From Octopus bimaculoides (Eukaryota), in the NCBI RefSeq assembly GCF_001194135.2, contig NC_068987.1, forward strand, positions 72,581,768-72,645,767: a stretch of 64,000 bases of DNA. The letters run 5' to 3'. Below the pieces are notes generated by a model. That model searched no databases. It was not told the origin of the DNA and was given only the letters and a program-made list of their open reading frames with translations. The position numbers were made by a program, and so were the translations under genes. Positions 50,050-63,718 of this stretch are shown in pieces (within the stretch, counting starts at the first letter, position 1; every line of letters begins with the position of its first letter).

Positions 50050-51265
50050 CTTACACATGTCCCCTCCACAGTAAGAGATCAGCAGTTCTTTATACAGCTG
50101 TCCTCGTTCATATACATTACATACCATACCAGCCTTCTCTTTTGTACACCACAGCTTACACCTAATTTTTTTATCAAGACACACTTTATTGTACAAGCAC
50201 ACAGACATTGCATATCCAGTGAAACATATTAGCTTCATATCTTTCAAGCCATCGCATGTCCTCTGTGGTCACAGCCCATGTTTCACTGCCATGTAGCATG
50301 GCTGTTTGCTCACAGGCATCATACAATCTGCCTTTCACTCTGAAGGAGAAGCCCTTTGTTACTAACAAAGGTAGAAGCTCTCTGATCTTTGCCCAACCTA
50401 TTCTTGTTCTAGCAGCTACACTCTTGGAGCATCCATCTATCAACTACTTCTAAGTGTCTCCTCTGACATTTAACAAAGTCTATTTTTTGTACATTTCTAG
50501 TGATTATTGTTCCTTTACATCTGCCACACACAAAGACTACTTTGTCTTTTAACCTTATTCTGATATTGCTGCACCTCTTGTATGTCTATAGCTTGCACTT
50601 GACACACCTCATGGAGTTTCTATCTATGCCTTTTCTACTTATTGAGCAGGGCTGTCTCCCTGAAGGGATTTGTGATTTGTCTTACTAAGACTTTGGTCTT
50701 CGCTAAATTGACTCTAAGGCCCTTTGATTCCAGACCTTGCTTCCGCACCAGGAATTTCTTTTCTAGTTCTGGTAGAATGAGGTCATCAGCATAGAGGAGC
50801 TCCCAAGGGCAGATTGTCTTAAATTCCTCTGTTATTGCTTGAAGGACTATGATGAACAAGAGGGGCTGAGGACCGAACTTTGGTGAACTCCTACTTGTAC
50901 ACTGAATTCATTGTTATACTCATTGCCAACCCTCTCCTTAATGACAGCATCACTCTACATGGCTTGTACAGCTCTCACCAACCACTCATCTATCTCTAGT
51001 TTCTGCATTGACCACCAGATAAGGGAGCAATAGACCCTGTCAAAGGCTTTCTTCATGTCAGCAAGTACAGAGTTTATTTTTGGCCAAGAATTTCTCCTGC
51101 AGCTGCCTTACCAGGAATATAGGATCAGTGTTACTTCTCCCTAGCATGAAACCAAACTGCATCTATTCTTGACTAATTCTCTTCTTAATTAGTTGGGCTA
51201 TGACCCTCTCTGTAACTTCCACTACCTGATCCAACAATGGAGATTTTCCACATCTTCATATACTT
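50050..51265 (-). mobile_element. RTE-type LINE RT fragment
   Basis: CPWELLYADDLIL...GLRVNLAKTKVL and RIGWAKIRELLPLL...KGRLYDAC...MLHGSETWAV. Confidence 0.88.
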
Positions 51266-51346
51266 TATGATTTTATCTACCAAGCTACTGTCTAAAATGT
51301 AGTCACTTCATGGTGGATTTATTGTTTCTAACTATTTCTCTTTCAG

Positions 51347-51399
51347 GATTACCCCAATGTACTTTTCCAGAATCCTACTAGTTTCCAATCTATTATTCA
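51347..51399 (+). CDS. RAD17: RAD17 exon (DYPNVLFQNPTSFQSII)
   Basis: ctctttcag| ... CA|gtaagt; completes Walker B (ILVEDYPN); phase 0/2. Confidence 0.9.
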
Positions 51400-52562
51400 G
51401 TAAGTATTCACAATTTAAAATACCCAAAATTCTGGAGTTTTTAATTTAACTTTAAAAACACCATTGGTGTGTGTGTTTACATCTTCTTTTTCCTGAGAAT
51501 GAGTTAGATGGATTCTTGTGGTTCAAGTCTTTATTCAGAATTGCTACTCTCTTTGATGGGTCTGCATATTCCACTTTTTGGCATGGTTTCTATGGCTGGA
51601 TGCCTTGTCTATTGCCAACCACTTTATAGAGTATATTGTTTGTATTTTTCCATGGCACCAACATAGTTGTCTTGATCACACCAACAGAGGTTGTTTTGAT
51701 CACAACAAAAGGAGTCTTCTCTTTTCTGTTGTCTTCATTTATTCATTCAACTGTACCAAAGGATTGTCTTGTCCTTGACAACACCAGAGCGAACGTTAAA
51801 CGATGATGATGATGATGATCTGAAAGGAAGAAGTTTGTGATGTTACTTGGTAATAATAGGGAGGTTCACAGATGGTGGCTAGTTGAATATCACATTTATT
51901 GAAATCCAATAGACCAGTCACTGGTTTACTGCATTTTTATTGGTGAGAGTGATAAGGGATTGTTTGTACCTTAGGCAGAATAAATACCAATTGTTTTTTT
52001 TTTTATTCAAAAGCATTGTTTTTTCCATTTTCCTCACTCTTATTTACATATTTGACCAGTATATAACAAGCTTTCACACAGTTTCTGTCTGTCAAATTCC
52101 ACTTGCAACTCATGGCTATAATAGAGAGACCTCCTCGTCTCCTAGTGCTGATGTATATTTTTCAACCCATGCTAGCATGGAAAAGTGAGTTTTAAAAAAA
52201 GAATGAAAGATTGTGTGTATATATGTGAGTGTGTGTGTGTATACTTATATATGAATTATATTTTTTATAAAAGCTTCATAGGATCATCATTGTTTAATGT
52301 CCGTTTTCCATGCTGGCATGGGTTTGATGGTTTGTGAAGGAGCTGGTCAGCCACAGATACAAAAAAACAGATATTTAAACCCATTGGACACATACGTACA
52401 CTCAAATACACTCACCAACGCAGCTCACATAAGTGCACTCACTCTCGAAATCAATCCAATCTGAGCATACTTATACACACATCCATACTCACACACACTC
52501 TCACTCACATACATGCAGACATACACATGTTTCTTTTTATTTCTAATATTCTGTTTTCTCAG

Positions 52563-52688
52563 AAAATATATTTCTACTGGGCTGAATCCACTGGTGTTTA
52601 TAATAAGTGATTCTGCAAGTAGCAGCCACAATGAAAGACTTCTGTTTCCAAGTGAATTCCAGCACAATATTGGCATGAGTCACATAAG
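52563..52688 (+). CDS. RAD17: RAD17 exon (KYISTGLNPLVFIISDS...LFP...HI)
   Basis: ttttctcag| ... AG|gtaagg; PLVFIISD motif; phase 2/2. Confidence 0.93.
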
Positions 52689-53698
52689 GTAAGGTTTCTT
52701 CAGATTTTTATTTTGAAAATATCTCAGGAATTTTAGAAGATAAAATGGCAGAAAATAATGTCAGAATACTTGCTAAGGAGGAATAAGTCTTGTTTAACTG
52801 AAGGGCATCCTGTATTTTTGTCTCAGTTTATCTTCAACCACATAATCCAATGTGTTCTTTCTTGCTTTTAAGATGGTGAAATATGATGTAAAGTAGATTT
52901 AGCTGCTATTTTAAGCATGACAAGTGTCCATGTAGAGACTTGAGATTTGAGTGACGAATCAATAAAAAGCCAATCTACAAAATGAAAGGTCACAAGTTCA
53001 TATCCCATGTGTCAATGGCCCATGTACTTAAATTTCTAAGTCTTCCAACAATCAGCTAGCAGTAAATAAGGACTTCTCAGAATAATGTAAAATTGCATTT
53101 CTAGGTTTGTTTCTTCCTTTCCTCGTAACTTGGAAATAAGGGTTTCACCAGGCTGTTTTTGTTGTATAGCTGTAACTACATTGTTCAATATGTTTTTCCA
53201 TTTTTATTATGATTGTTGAGTGTCATTTGAAGGGGATTTGATAGCTATTTCTAGTAAGGTGAACAATCTTGTATTTTACAGATGCTTTCTAGCATATGTA
53301 TGTTTTTCTATTCTGGCACGAGTTGGACAGGTGTTCTGAAACAATATTACTTATTATCAAATAATGGTAAATACACAATAAACAAAGAATAATTTACTTT
53401 CAAATATTGATTAAAGCCATTTTTATTTCACTTGTGTTGTTCAAATTTTTGAAGAAAGTGATGTACATCACAATATTTCTTTTACTGCTACTCTAGATAT
53501 CTAATGTTTCAGTGATTTTTTTCAAAGGAGAGTGGTAGACAGTGAGCATTTTTACATCAGCCTTTCTCACTTCCTTTCTGCTCTTTAAAGATTTGTTTTT
53601 GAATAGAAAATATAGAATATTTTAGTTCCAGAAAACCCAGAATTAAAATAAGAGTGTTATATACAGCAAATGGATAAGTAAAATACATTTTATTTCAG

Positions 53699-53768
53699 TT
53701 TCAACCCTGTAGCACTTACTATTCTTACCAAAGTCCTCACTAAAATTGCCTTAAAAGAATCTGTAAAG
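53699..53768 (+). CDS. RAD17: RAD17 exon (FNPVALTILTKVLTKIALKESVK)
   Basis: tatttcag| ... AAG|gtcagt; FNPVA motif; phase 2/0. Confidence 0.93.
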
Positions 53769-53825
53769 GTCAGTCAACTTCAGTTTTTTTCCTCTATTTC
53801 ATCACACACATTTTTCTTTTCTTTT

Positions 53826-54041
53826 TTTCTTTTCTTTTACTTGTTTCAGTCATTTGACTGCGGCCATGCTGGGGCACCGCCTTTAGTCGAGCAAATTGAC
53901 CCCTGGACTTATTCTTTGTAAGCCTAGTACTTATTCTATCTGTCTCTTTTGCCGAACCGCTAAGTGATGGGTACATAAACACACCAGCATTGGTTGTCAA
54001 GCAATGCTAAGGGGACAAACACAGACACACAAACACACACA

Positions 54042-54111
<70 letters not shown>

Positions 54112-54290
54112 CATACATACATATATACATACATACGACGGGCTTCTTTCAGTTTCCGTCTACCAAATCCACTCACAAGGCTTTTGTCGGCCCGAGGCTA
54201 TAGTAGAAGACACTTGCCCAAGATGCCACTCAGTGGGACTGAACCCGGAACCATTTGGTTAGTAAGCAAGCTACTTACCACACAGCCACT
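53826..54290 (-). mobile_element. SINE family A with an expanded internal (TA)n
   Basis: Reverse complement of the family A head and tail around a ~60-bp (TA)n. Partial copies also at ~1200-1295, 2440-2640, 2930-3070, 19490-19640, 32470-32630, 36085-36240, 46545-46710, 55345-55500 and 59990-60130. Confidence 0.88.
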
Positions 54291-54693
54291 CAACACATTG
54301 TCAACACTTTTCTGAAGAATTTTATCACTATGGAGTTTACTGTTTATGTTTCTTCTGCTCACATTCCAGATTGAACAGTAACTTCATCCTGTTATCTACA
54401 TTTTCAGGGTCTCAAAGATATTTTAGTTACTCTCCTAACTCTTCAGGGTAACAGATGAAAACAAGTATTTTAAATAGTCTGCTTGCTTCATGCATATAGT
54501 TAGTAAACACAATGCAGTGTGGTTCCAGATCCAGTTGCACGTAACTTGGTCTTCGTACCTTAATCCTAATTTCTTTACTTCGGCCCATAAACTGCTCAAG
54601 TAACATCATGCTTTTATCTTTTCTGTCTTTTAATGTCTATCATTCAACACTTGCATTGGTTTTATTAGTCTACAAGCACAGCATTTGTTCATA

Positions 54694-54862
54694 TGAGGGG
54701 GTACTGAAAAGTTCCTGGCTTTAAGGGTGTCACAAATGGCTCAACCTTCAGAACCACTGCAATTAGTGTATGAGTCTGAGAGAATATGTTCAATAAAATC
54801 AATTAACTAATTCTCCTGTATTTTCTTTCACCCAAAGCCAGGAACTTTTCAGCACCTCCTCA
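54694..54862. mobile_element. Mariner MITE (169 bp)
   Basis: TIR tgagg(g/a)ggt(a/g)ctgaaaagttcctggcttt; TA on both flanks. Confidence 0.85.
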
Positions 54863-55608
54863 TACATCAACCATTTTATAAAGCACAATGGCATTATACT
54901 ATTACATTTCATTTATTTTTCATTGTGGATTTATTATGACATGATACAGTGACAAAATGAACTGAATTGGGTTAATGTAATATTAGCAAACTCTGTAAAG
55001 TATTTGGCATTATGAAGGGCATCCAGCCATAGAAACCATGCTAAAACAGATATGGAACCTGGGCAGCTCTTTAGTCGACTAGCTTCTCTCACGTGGGCCA
55101 ATCAGGTGGAACTAGCATTGAGGATGTTCGAATGGTGCTGTTTATGTGCTGCTGGCATGGGTCCAGTCAGGCAGTACTGGCATTTACTACACTCGAATGG
55201 TGCTTTTTACATGCCAGTGATATGGGACTAGTCAGGTGGGACAGGCAATGACCACGCTCAAATGGTGCTTTTTACATGCCACTGGTTTGGGAGCCAGTCA
55301 GGCGGTATTGGCATCGATTATATATATATATATAATGCAGGTTCAGGCATGGGTGTGTGGTTAGGAAGCTTGCTTCCCAACCGCATAATTTCGAGTTCAG
55401 TTCCACTGCATGGCATCTTCAGCAAGTGTCTTCTGCTATAGCCTCAAGGTGACCAAAGCCTTGTGATTGAATTTGGTAGACAGAAGTTTCTGTCATTTGT
55501 ATTCATGTGTGTGTGTGTGTGAGTGCTTCTGCTTTCCTAATAGAGAGAAGGGTAAAAAAGAATGATATACATATATAACATTTTGTTTATTTAACCTTTG
55601 TTTTGTAG

Positions 55609-55720
55609 AGTACCAACAAGATAAGTATGCCATCAAAAACGGTTCTGGAGTCTATAGCTCTATCCAGCAATGGTGACATTAGAGGAGCTGTCAATGTATT
55701 GCAGTTTTCTTGTTTAAAAG
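55609..55720 (+). CDS. RAD17: RAD17 exon (…SSNGDIRGAVNVLQFSCLK)
   Basis: ttttgtag| ... AAAG|gtttgt; GDIRxAxNxLQF sensor-2 motif of RFC-family AAA+ proteins; phase 0/1. Confidence 0.94.
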
Positions 55721-57066
55721 GTTTGTCAAATTTGCATTTTGCATTTTTCTTGTAGCTATCTCAATATATTACTGTGCAGCCCCAGGTCAGCTTTATGCAG
55801 GTAAACTCAGGGCTTGTGCAGGTAATTGGTTAAATGATAAGCTGTGAGTCACAGATCTATTGTTCTAAATACACCATATCTTCACCTAGCTTTACATCTT
55901 TTTTCTATGCTGGCATGGGTTAAATGAATACATATTGATATTGTATTTTTTTTATATAGCTTGGTACACTACCTGCCACTTACCCTTACTTGTTTTCAAG
56001 TAAGGAAGTTTTTGTTCTACTTCAAAAGCATAGAGTTACCTGACAATTTATTGACCAGAAAATGTCAATAAACAACACTAGTCATAGTTTAGAGCAGCAG
56101 AATGTAAACATTCACATCTACATGCATACATGTGACAGGCTTTGTGCAATTTTTGTGTACCAACTTCACCCACATAGCATTGGTTTGCCAAAAGCTATAG
56201 TTGAAGGCTCTGGCCAATGAGTCTTGAAACCATAAAGTTGTGAAGCAGACTTAGCCACACAGTCATACCTGCATACTTAATATTTATCCTTGCTTGCATG
56301 AGGACATGTTGAGTAATATACTTTACTCAGGAATGCAAGAAAAGGCCAGCACTGGACTTGGACTCATTCATCTTGCCTCCACAAATAAACATTGTCCTTG
56401 AGCCAAGAAGGGTGCTTCTAGATCACTGATTCTTAGCTGGGGTTCCATATAAGATTTTGTTAAAATATATCTGCAATAAATTGGTTATACTTCTACAATA
56501 AACAAAATATTTTAACAATTTTTTTACACAATTTGTAATAATATTTAATTATAAAAATATAATATGATATTTTTAAACATTGAATAGCTAGGAAGGTCAA
56601 TCCAAGTAAAATAGGATTCAGAGTGGTCAGTGGGTTGACAACTACTGCTCTAGATGGTTGTTTGATATGATATAGCTGTGAAACTTCTCTCAAATCACAC
56701 CATATCATCTTGAAATAGGAAGGACAGATTGGACAGTGTAGTCTTGGACATACAAAACCATAGGATGGTTAAGGCTAGAATGCCTTGAATCATAAACCTG
56801 CAGGAAGGGTATCCAGCTGCAGAAATTCCATCGGATCCATGTGAACATGGAAAATTTGATGATGATGAAGATATATTAGATGTTTTGATGGTGCTGTAAA
56901 AGTTCACAACCAAAGGAAGTAGAAGTAACAAAGGAGTTATGAGTCAACTTAATGCTTACTTTTTATTTACCATCAGATCTTGATATGTTCTTCTGTGTTG
57001 TTGTTATTGTTACCATTAAATTGTGAGATCATAAACGTTTCCTACTGTTTTTCTTCTTCATCCCAG

Positions 57067-57258
57067 ATACTTCTGATCTCATTGGTACTTTCTCCCAGAA
57101 ACACAAGCAGAGGTCAAAGTCCACATCACAACTTAAACAGAAACACACCACAAGTACAGATTCTTCACCTGGTGATGTCCAATCTATGCCTTGTATTGGT
57201 GGCAAAGATGGATCCTTATTTCTTTTCCGTGCTTTAGGAAAAATACTTTATTGCAAAC
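57067..57258 (+). CDS. RAD17: RAD17 exon (…IGGKDGSLFLFRALGKILYCK)
   Basis: cttcatcccag| ... AAAC|gtgagt; the GKDxSLFLFRALGKILYCKR motif is diagnostic of RAD17; phase 1/1. Confidence 0.94.
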
Positions 57259-57621
57259 GTGAGTAGAATTCTTTTTTTGCTTTTCTCTTTATCGTTTCTT
57301 TTTGCTGCTTTTAAATCCATTTCTCATTTTGGAATTGTTGGGTTTGGTATTGTGGGGTGGGGTGTGGTGGTATTTTGTTGGGTTTGATATTGTGCTGAGC
57401 TTGGTATTGTGTGGTGGGAGGTATTGCAAAGGGTTTGGTATTGTGGTGGGTTTGATACTGTGCTGGGATAGTATTGTGGTAGGACTATGTTATTTTTGTA
57501 AGATTTTGTTGGAGTTATTTTATGGCTTGGTCAGAGGAGCAAGGCCAATGGCTAATTACTGTTTTGGGAGAAAGAAACTCGATACCTGAACCATACATTT
57601 ATTGTATTTTTCTATTTCCAG

Positions 57622-57710
57622 GTGAAACAGACCCTTCCCAAAGCAAACAATCTTTGTTACCTGCTCATTTAACTCATCACGAAAGGCTACCATTACGTGA
57701 AATACCCGAA
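57622..57710 (+). CDS. RAD17: RAD17 exon (ETDPSQSKQSLLPAHLTHHERLPLREIPE)
   Basis: tatttccag| ... GAA|gttcgt; LPxHL...ER motif; phase 1/0. Confidence 0.9.
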
Positions 57711-58776
57711 GTTCGTTGATTTCTTTTTTATTTCTATTTTTTTTACTATTTTATTTTTACTGTTTGACTAGTTTTATATCTGAGTTATTTTAAAACCTTT
57801 ATTTGTTGTTTAACTCCAACACTGCTTTATGTTGTAGTGTAACAGTTATTGAAATGAGAGTAGTTTTGTTGACTTATTACATAAACTAATGTGGAGGTAT
57901 TTTTATGAATTTTACCAATATATATAAAACATTAGAGAGATTTTTGAACACCATAAACATATACACACAACTGGAGATATTAAAGACCAAGAAAAGAGCC
58001 TCTACATGGTTAATTGACCTGCTAGAAATAGAAGTCAGATCAGACTTCAGCTTTTCAAAAAGGTGCGACGTCTTGAATAATGCACCTACTAAAGTGATAG
58101 GATGGGCATGACTAGAATGCACCTGATTTTAAGTCAGTTCTGTTAAAGTTGACTTATGGTTAAATAACAGCAGCTGAAAGTTGTTGTTGCTGTTAGTAGA
58201 CTAACACTGTAATAAGAGGGGGCTCATATGTAGACTTAGTATATACTCTAAGCTGGAGCCTTTATTCTATGACTAACTTGGAATCAAAGGTCAGTTGCGA
58301 GCTAATGTTTGAAGCATCATCGTTATCAACATTTAACGTCCACTTTCCATGCTGGTATGGGTTGGACGGTTTGACAGGGAGGTAGCTGGCTGGCAGGGAG
58401 CTATACAGACTCCAGCTGTCTGTTGAGGCATGGTTTCTGTGGCTAGATGCTCTTCCTAGTGCTAACCACTATAGTGTATGCAGGGTGCCTTTTATGTGCC
58501 ACCGTTATGGGTGTGTTTACGCAGTACTGGCATGGCTGCATCTACACAACACTGGCATGAGTATTCTAATGCAGCACCGGCACAGGTGCTTTTTAAGTGG
58601 CACTGGCACCTGAAAGGAAAAACTTGTATGTGTGGAAGACAGCGATTTTACTTAGCTTGACATGTCTTATCAAGTACAGCAAATCGCTACATCACCTCGT
58701 CCCTTGTCATTTCCTCAGTGAGACCTTTTCTAATAATCTGGTCCCACCCACATACACTGACATTAATTGCATGTAT

Positions 58777-58812
<36 letters not shown>

Positions 58813-59019
58813 CTGTACAACCTTGTAGCCTGTTGGATATCACTTTAAATAGGCAGCTGCTGGGGTGCAGGCATAGAGGAATGCCAGTGGAAGTAGTGAA
58901 GAATGATTAGTGAAATGAAATGGAAGTGGGATAGATCATGAAGACAACAATAAAGAATATGTCTTGTATTGTAAACTTTATGGCTTATCAATTTTTTCTG
59001 TTGTGTATTTATTTTACAG

Positions 59020-59166
59020 GAAGTAGTTGATAAATCTCACATGTCTGGGGAGCTGTTCACCACTTTTCTCCAACAGAACTACATTGATTTCTTTCACAGT
59101 ATTGAAGATATTGAGTGTGCAAGTGAATACTTAAGTGATGCTGATATTTTTACACTTGATTGGTCT
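59020..59166 (+). CDS. RAD17: RAD17 exon (EVVDKSHMSGELFTTFLQQNYIDFF...SEYLSDADIFTLDWS)
   Basis: attttacag| ... TCT|gtacgt; F(L)xQNYxDFF and EYLSDAD motifs; phase 0/0. This is the last exon recognised in the window. Confidence 0.94.
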
Positions 59167-60169
59167 GTACGTATTTTTTATCTGCTTTGTCACTTTTACT
59201 AATTTTCATGGTTCAGTTTTTTTTTGTCTTCCTTGTGATTGAAATGTGTGTATGAAGTGGCAGGTTTCATAGGTTTGGTGTGACAGCTTATTAGTTGCAA
59301 ATTCATATCCACTATAGATCTTTCCTTGTGTTTCTGGTTATGATAGTATATTCTTTACACTTCAGTACACCAGGCTCTGTGGTTGAAAAGTTTGTCTTGT
59401 GATTATATAGCTTCAAGTTTGATTCCTTGCATGGCACTTTGAGGAAGTATCTTCTATGGTTTCAATCCTATTGTCATTATGGGTTTATATCCTTTTAACA
59501 TATTGGCATGGATTTGATGGGTTGTTACAGTCAACGTATATTTGAGGGTGCAGTTGCTCTTCCTAATGCCAATCACTTTATAGTGTACTGAGTGCAATTT
59601 TCCATAGTACCAGCACCTGAGAGATGGCCATTTCCACAGCACTATGAAAGAGACTTCTTGACCTAACTATGCTCACTCACAGGCCATAGATCATCATCAT
59701 CATCATCATGTCCACTTTTCCATGCTTGCTTGGGTAGAATGGAGTTTATTTAGGTACATTTTTTTTGTGACCAGATGCCTTTCCTCTTGTCATCTCTTAG
59801 CTGCTTCCAAGCAAGGTAATGTTTCCTTATGACAGACATATTTTCACAATGTTTGAAATGAATGACGCTATATAACAGTGACACTTGTTTACATCTGTCA
59901 CACAATATCAAAACAAGGAGATAAATATATGCACTCAAACTCACAAACACATTTATACATACATGTGCGTGCACACACACATATACATACATACATGTAT
60001 ACATAGGCTTCTTTTCAATTTCCATCTACCAAACCCACTCACAAGAATTTGGTCATCTTGGGGCTAGCAGAAGATGCTTGCCCAATATGCAACACAGTGG
60101 GCCTGAACCTGAAATCATGTGGCTGGTACTGCTTGTATATATTCACATATGTGTATGTGCTTGCTTGTA

Positions 60170-61856
60170 TCTTTTGTTGATATATATCTGAAGAATTTGG
60201 AAAACTAGTGGCAGTTTCCTTGTCACTTTTGTCATCAGAAATGCTGTGGACCTTTGATTGCTTCATTGATACCAACACTACAGGTTTTTTCTGAGAAAGT
60301 GAGGCTGTCATAGTTGGATCAGTCTGTTCAAGAAACTCTATGACTTTATTGAAAAGTGCCACAAAATGTCCGAGACAACTTCCCATTGATAGCCAACGTA
60401 TATCTGTCGAATACAATAGACGGTCGAATGTTTCATCTGTACAAACTTCTTGAAAATGCCTGTCTTGATGAGCAGATCTTTTGATTTTTTTTTTACTGCG
60501 GAAGCAATTAAGTCTAAGGTTTCAGAAAATATATTATTTCCAGTTCTTTTTGCTATCAGGTTTTCTCGATGGAGAACACAATGAATTGTGAAGACAGGAT
60601 TAAATTCTATCCATCTGGCAACAAAACCCTGGGACTTGTCAATCATAGATGGTGCTCCGTCAGTGCATATTGATATGAGTTTGAGGGGATCAATGCCCTT
60701 TGAAGTAAGATAATCCATGACTGCATTGTAGATTGTCTCTCCTGTGTTTTTCAGTACGGTTTTTATAAAGTGTAGGTTTTCACAAACTGTGGTACCTTTC
60801 ACATAACGAGCAAAGGCAAGGACAACATATTTGTTGTCAAAAGTGCTATCATCCACTGTCAACGAGAATCTGCAGTGTCGCAAGTCTTCTACAACTATGG
60901 ATTCGACATCTTTGGCCATTTCACAAATGCGGGGAAATACAGTGTTGTTTGAAAGTGGAATACTTGCTAAAACTGAGACAGCGTTTGGCACAGTAGCAAC
61001 TTTATGTGCTTCAAGTATGGAGGGCTTAATCAGATCTTCACCAATGGTATGTGGGTGACCCTGTTTTGCTATCATGAGCGAAATGTTATAGGACGCCTGC
61101 AGACCAGAATGGTTGTTAGTATGAATGAAGAAAAGTTTTGAGCGATGAAGATGAGACATTTTTTTTGCGATGGTATTCTTCAAAGTACTCCTTTGGCTTG
61201 CCAAATAAACCAGGATGGATTTTTTATAGATGATATAACAATTTTGAGGGTTTCATTGAGTCATTAGTTAATACTTTTGAGCAGATAATACACTGTGGTA
61301 AAAAAGGGTCTTCTACATTGGATACAAAACCATATTTGATATAATCTTTCTGATATCGTCTACAGAATCTTTTTTCCAAGTCGGTGGACGGAGAATTAAA
61401 GGAATGTTTTTCCATATCACTGACAACAAAATTTCTACAGATTACAATTAGACTAACACTTGCATAAAAATGTATGTACCTGGAGAGATAATACGTATGT
61501 TGGGTAAGCTGTAAGAATTGCGGATTCGTTAGCAATCCTCAATTCAAAAGTCAGGTAGAAAACATGATCGTGTTAACCAGCTGAGAATACACAATTTTTT
61601 GTGTGTTTTTAATGTGCACAAGCGTGGATCCGATTGTACCTGTCTGGTACGCATCCGTGTATGATTGGAGAGCTAATTGTCCTATAGGCAATGAGTGCAT
61701 TCGTATGTGCTCACGCATATACAATGAGGCATATTTCATTTGTGCAACATGTGCATGTACGGAAAAATTTTAATTCTTCAGAAAATTTTCCACGAACCAT
61801 CAGAATTTTTCTGTGGACCAGCTAGTGGTCCACATGGACCAGGTTGGGAACCCCTG
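60170..61856 (-). mobile_element. hAT Buster/Charlie-type transposon, 3'-truncated
   Basis: Terminus CAGGGGTTCCCAACCTGGTCC at 61856 with flank atcTAgaa (nnnTAnnn). BED-finger N-terminus (YIKYGF...PQCIIC...SMKPSKL..HL) and core IPLSNNTV, SLTVDDST, CTDGAPSM, HCVLHRENL; frameshifted. Confidence 0.92.
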
Positions 61857-61859
61857 TTC

Positions 61860-62250
61860 TAGATTGAGAAGATTTACCTCCTGTATATGGTGAGAGAAAT
61901 GTGTGACATGAGGCTGATTGATAAGAGGAGGACTGAGGACTTGATAGGGATGTTGGGGTTGGAGGAATCAGTGGAATGGCTGGCAAAGATGAATGGAGTG
62001 TGGTGGTATGAGCATGTGTTGAGGAGGGATGAAGAGCATGTTCTGATGAGCGTACTAGAGTTTGGGGTAAATGGACAGCAAAAGCGAGGTAGACAGAGGA
62101 AAATGTGGAGGAGGAGATTGGGAGGGTTGGCTTGAGAAGGGAGAGGAAGGGAGGACGCCCAAAACCAGGCGAGATGGTGTATGGGCAGTTGCTATGCCAA
62201 TGCGGTAGATTCGGCAACCCCTGTTAATGGGGACAAAGCCTGGATTTAAA
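61860..62250 (+). mobile_element. RTE-type LINE 3' end
   Basis: WWYEHVLRRDEEHVLMSVLEFGVNGQQKRGRQRKMW. Confidence 0.8.
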
Positions 62251-63682
62251 ATGATGGAAATGGAATGGATATGAATGTGACTCTCTGCCAGCTTTTGATC
62301 AGCACTTGACCAGATTAAAGGAAAGTCTAACTGGAAAATTGCTCAGACATATGCTACATATATGTGGTCCTGTTAAAATGCTCTTCCACTATATTGAAAG
62401 TAAGGGTTCCAGTAGAATATTTTGCCAGTGAGATCATACAATCTTTAATGTGGCCCTTCTAAAAATCATCATCACTATCATCAATTTTTATTTTTTGCCA
62501 ATACTAGCCTATGTTAAATGGATTCATAGGACACTTATTTCTCTGTTCACCTTGTTCGTACTGTTATTAAATCAGTTTTAAAGTTAGTTGTTAGTTTTGT
62601 GATAAAGGAACCTCTTTTGATCAAGCGGACTTATTTTTTGAGGTTAACTACGCACTATGGGATTGACACTTAATCTATATTCAAATATAGTTAGTTGATA
62701 AACTAGACCAGAAACAAAACAAGACAAAAGAGAAATAAAACATCTAAGCTTGACACTAACACCCTATTTGTTGGTTAAGTCAGACCTAGATTTTCCTGTT
62801 AGTGCATTTAGTTAATAACTGGCTTCATACAAAACTGCATGGACAGTGTTAATGCTAATTAGCATACTTCAACAAACTCTGTTTAATGTACTTAGTGTCA
62901 TTACAAAATCAGCAGGACTGCAAGACTACTAAGTATTAAATCTGCAAGAAATAACTAATTTCCATAGCTGAGCTTTACATGAATTTGAAAACATGAATAA
63001 TGATGTTGACAGATTGTCTAATTCTGTTTTAAGTAAGTTAGTGTTAACAAATTCAATGCATTTAATGTTAAAAGCTAATCCAGAAATAAGTATTAAGGTG
63101 AAAAAATATAAAAAAACCAAAATTCGTAAATGACTTATTATTTTCATAATTCTGCTTTAGTTATATAAAATTTTCCTTTTGATAAATCTATTTGCACTCA
63201 TGCACATACACATGAACATAAACTCATAATTCTTATTATGACTTTTAATCTTTATGTAATTGACACAATGTGCTCAGTACTCTAACGTAGAGCTAAAAAA
63301 ATGTAAATCTAATGTGCATGCAGATATATACATGTATATGTATGTGTGTATCATCATCATCATATGTCCATTGTCCATATTGGTATGGGTCAGACTGTTT
63401 GACCTGGGGTGGTAAGCTGGAAGGCTGCACAAGACTCCATTCTGATTGGCATGGTTTTCTATGGCTGGATGTCCTCCCTAATGCCAACCACTCTGAGAGT
63501 GTAATAGGTGCTTTTGTGTGCCACCAGCATGAGTGCCATTTGTGTGACACCAGTATCTACTACGACTGATTTTGCTCAGCTAGATGGGTCTTCTGAAGCA
63601 TGACATAATGCCAAAGGTCTTGGTCATTCCCTCCGTGAGGCCCAACACTCAAAAAGAACTCAGCCACTTTGATTTCCTGAGG

Positions 63683-63718
<36 letters not shown>

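Noticed and set aside
56977-57066. Upstream alternative acceptor (ccatcag) for the 57067 RAD17 exon
   Set aside because: Introduces an in-frame TGA; the 57066 acceptor keeps the frame.
62968-63032. Exon-like segment ttccatag|...|gtaagt as the next RAD17 exon
   Set aside because: Stops in all three frames and no RAD17 C-terminal motifs.
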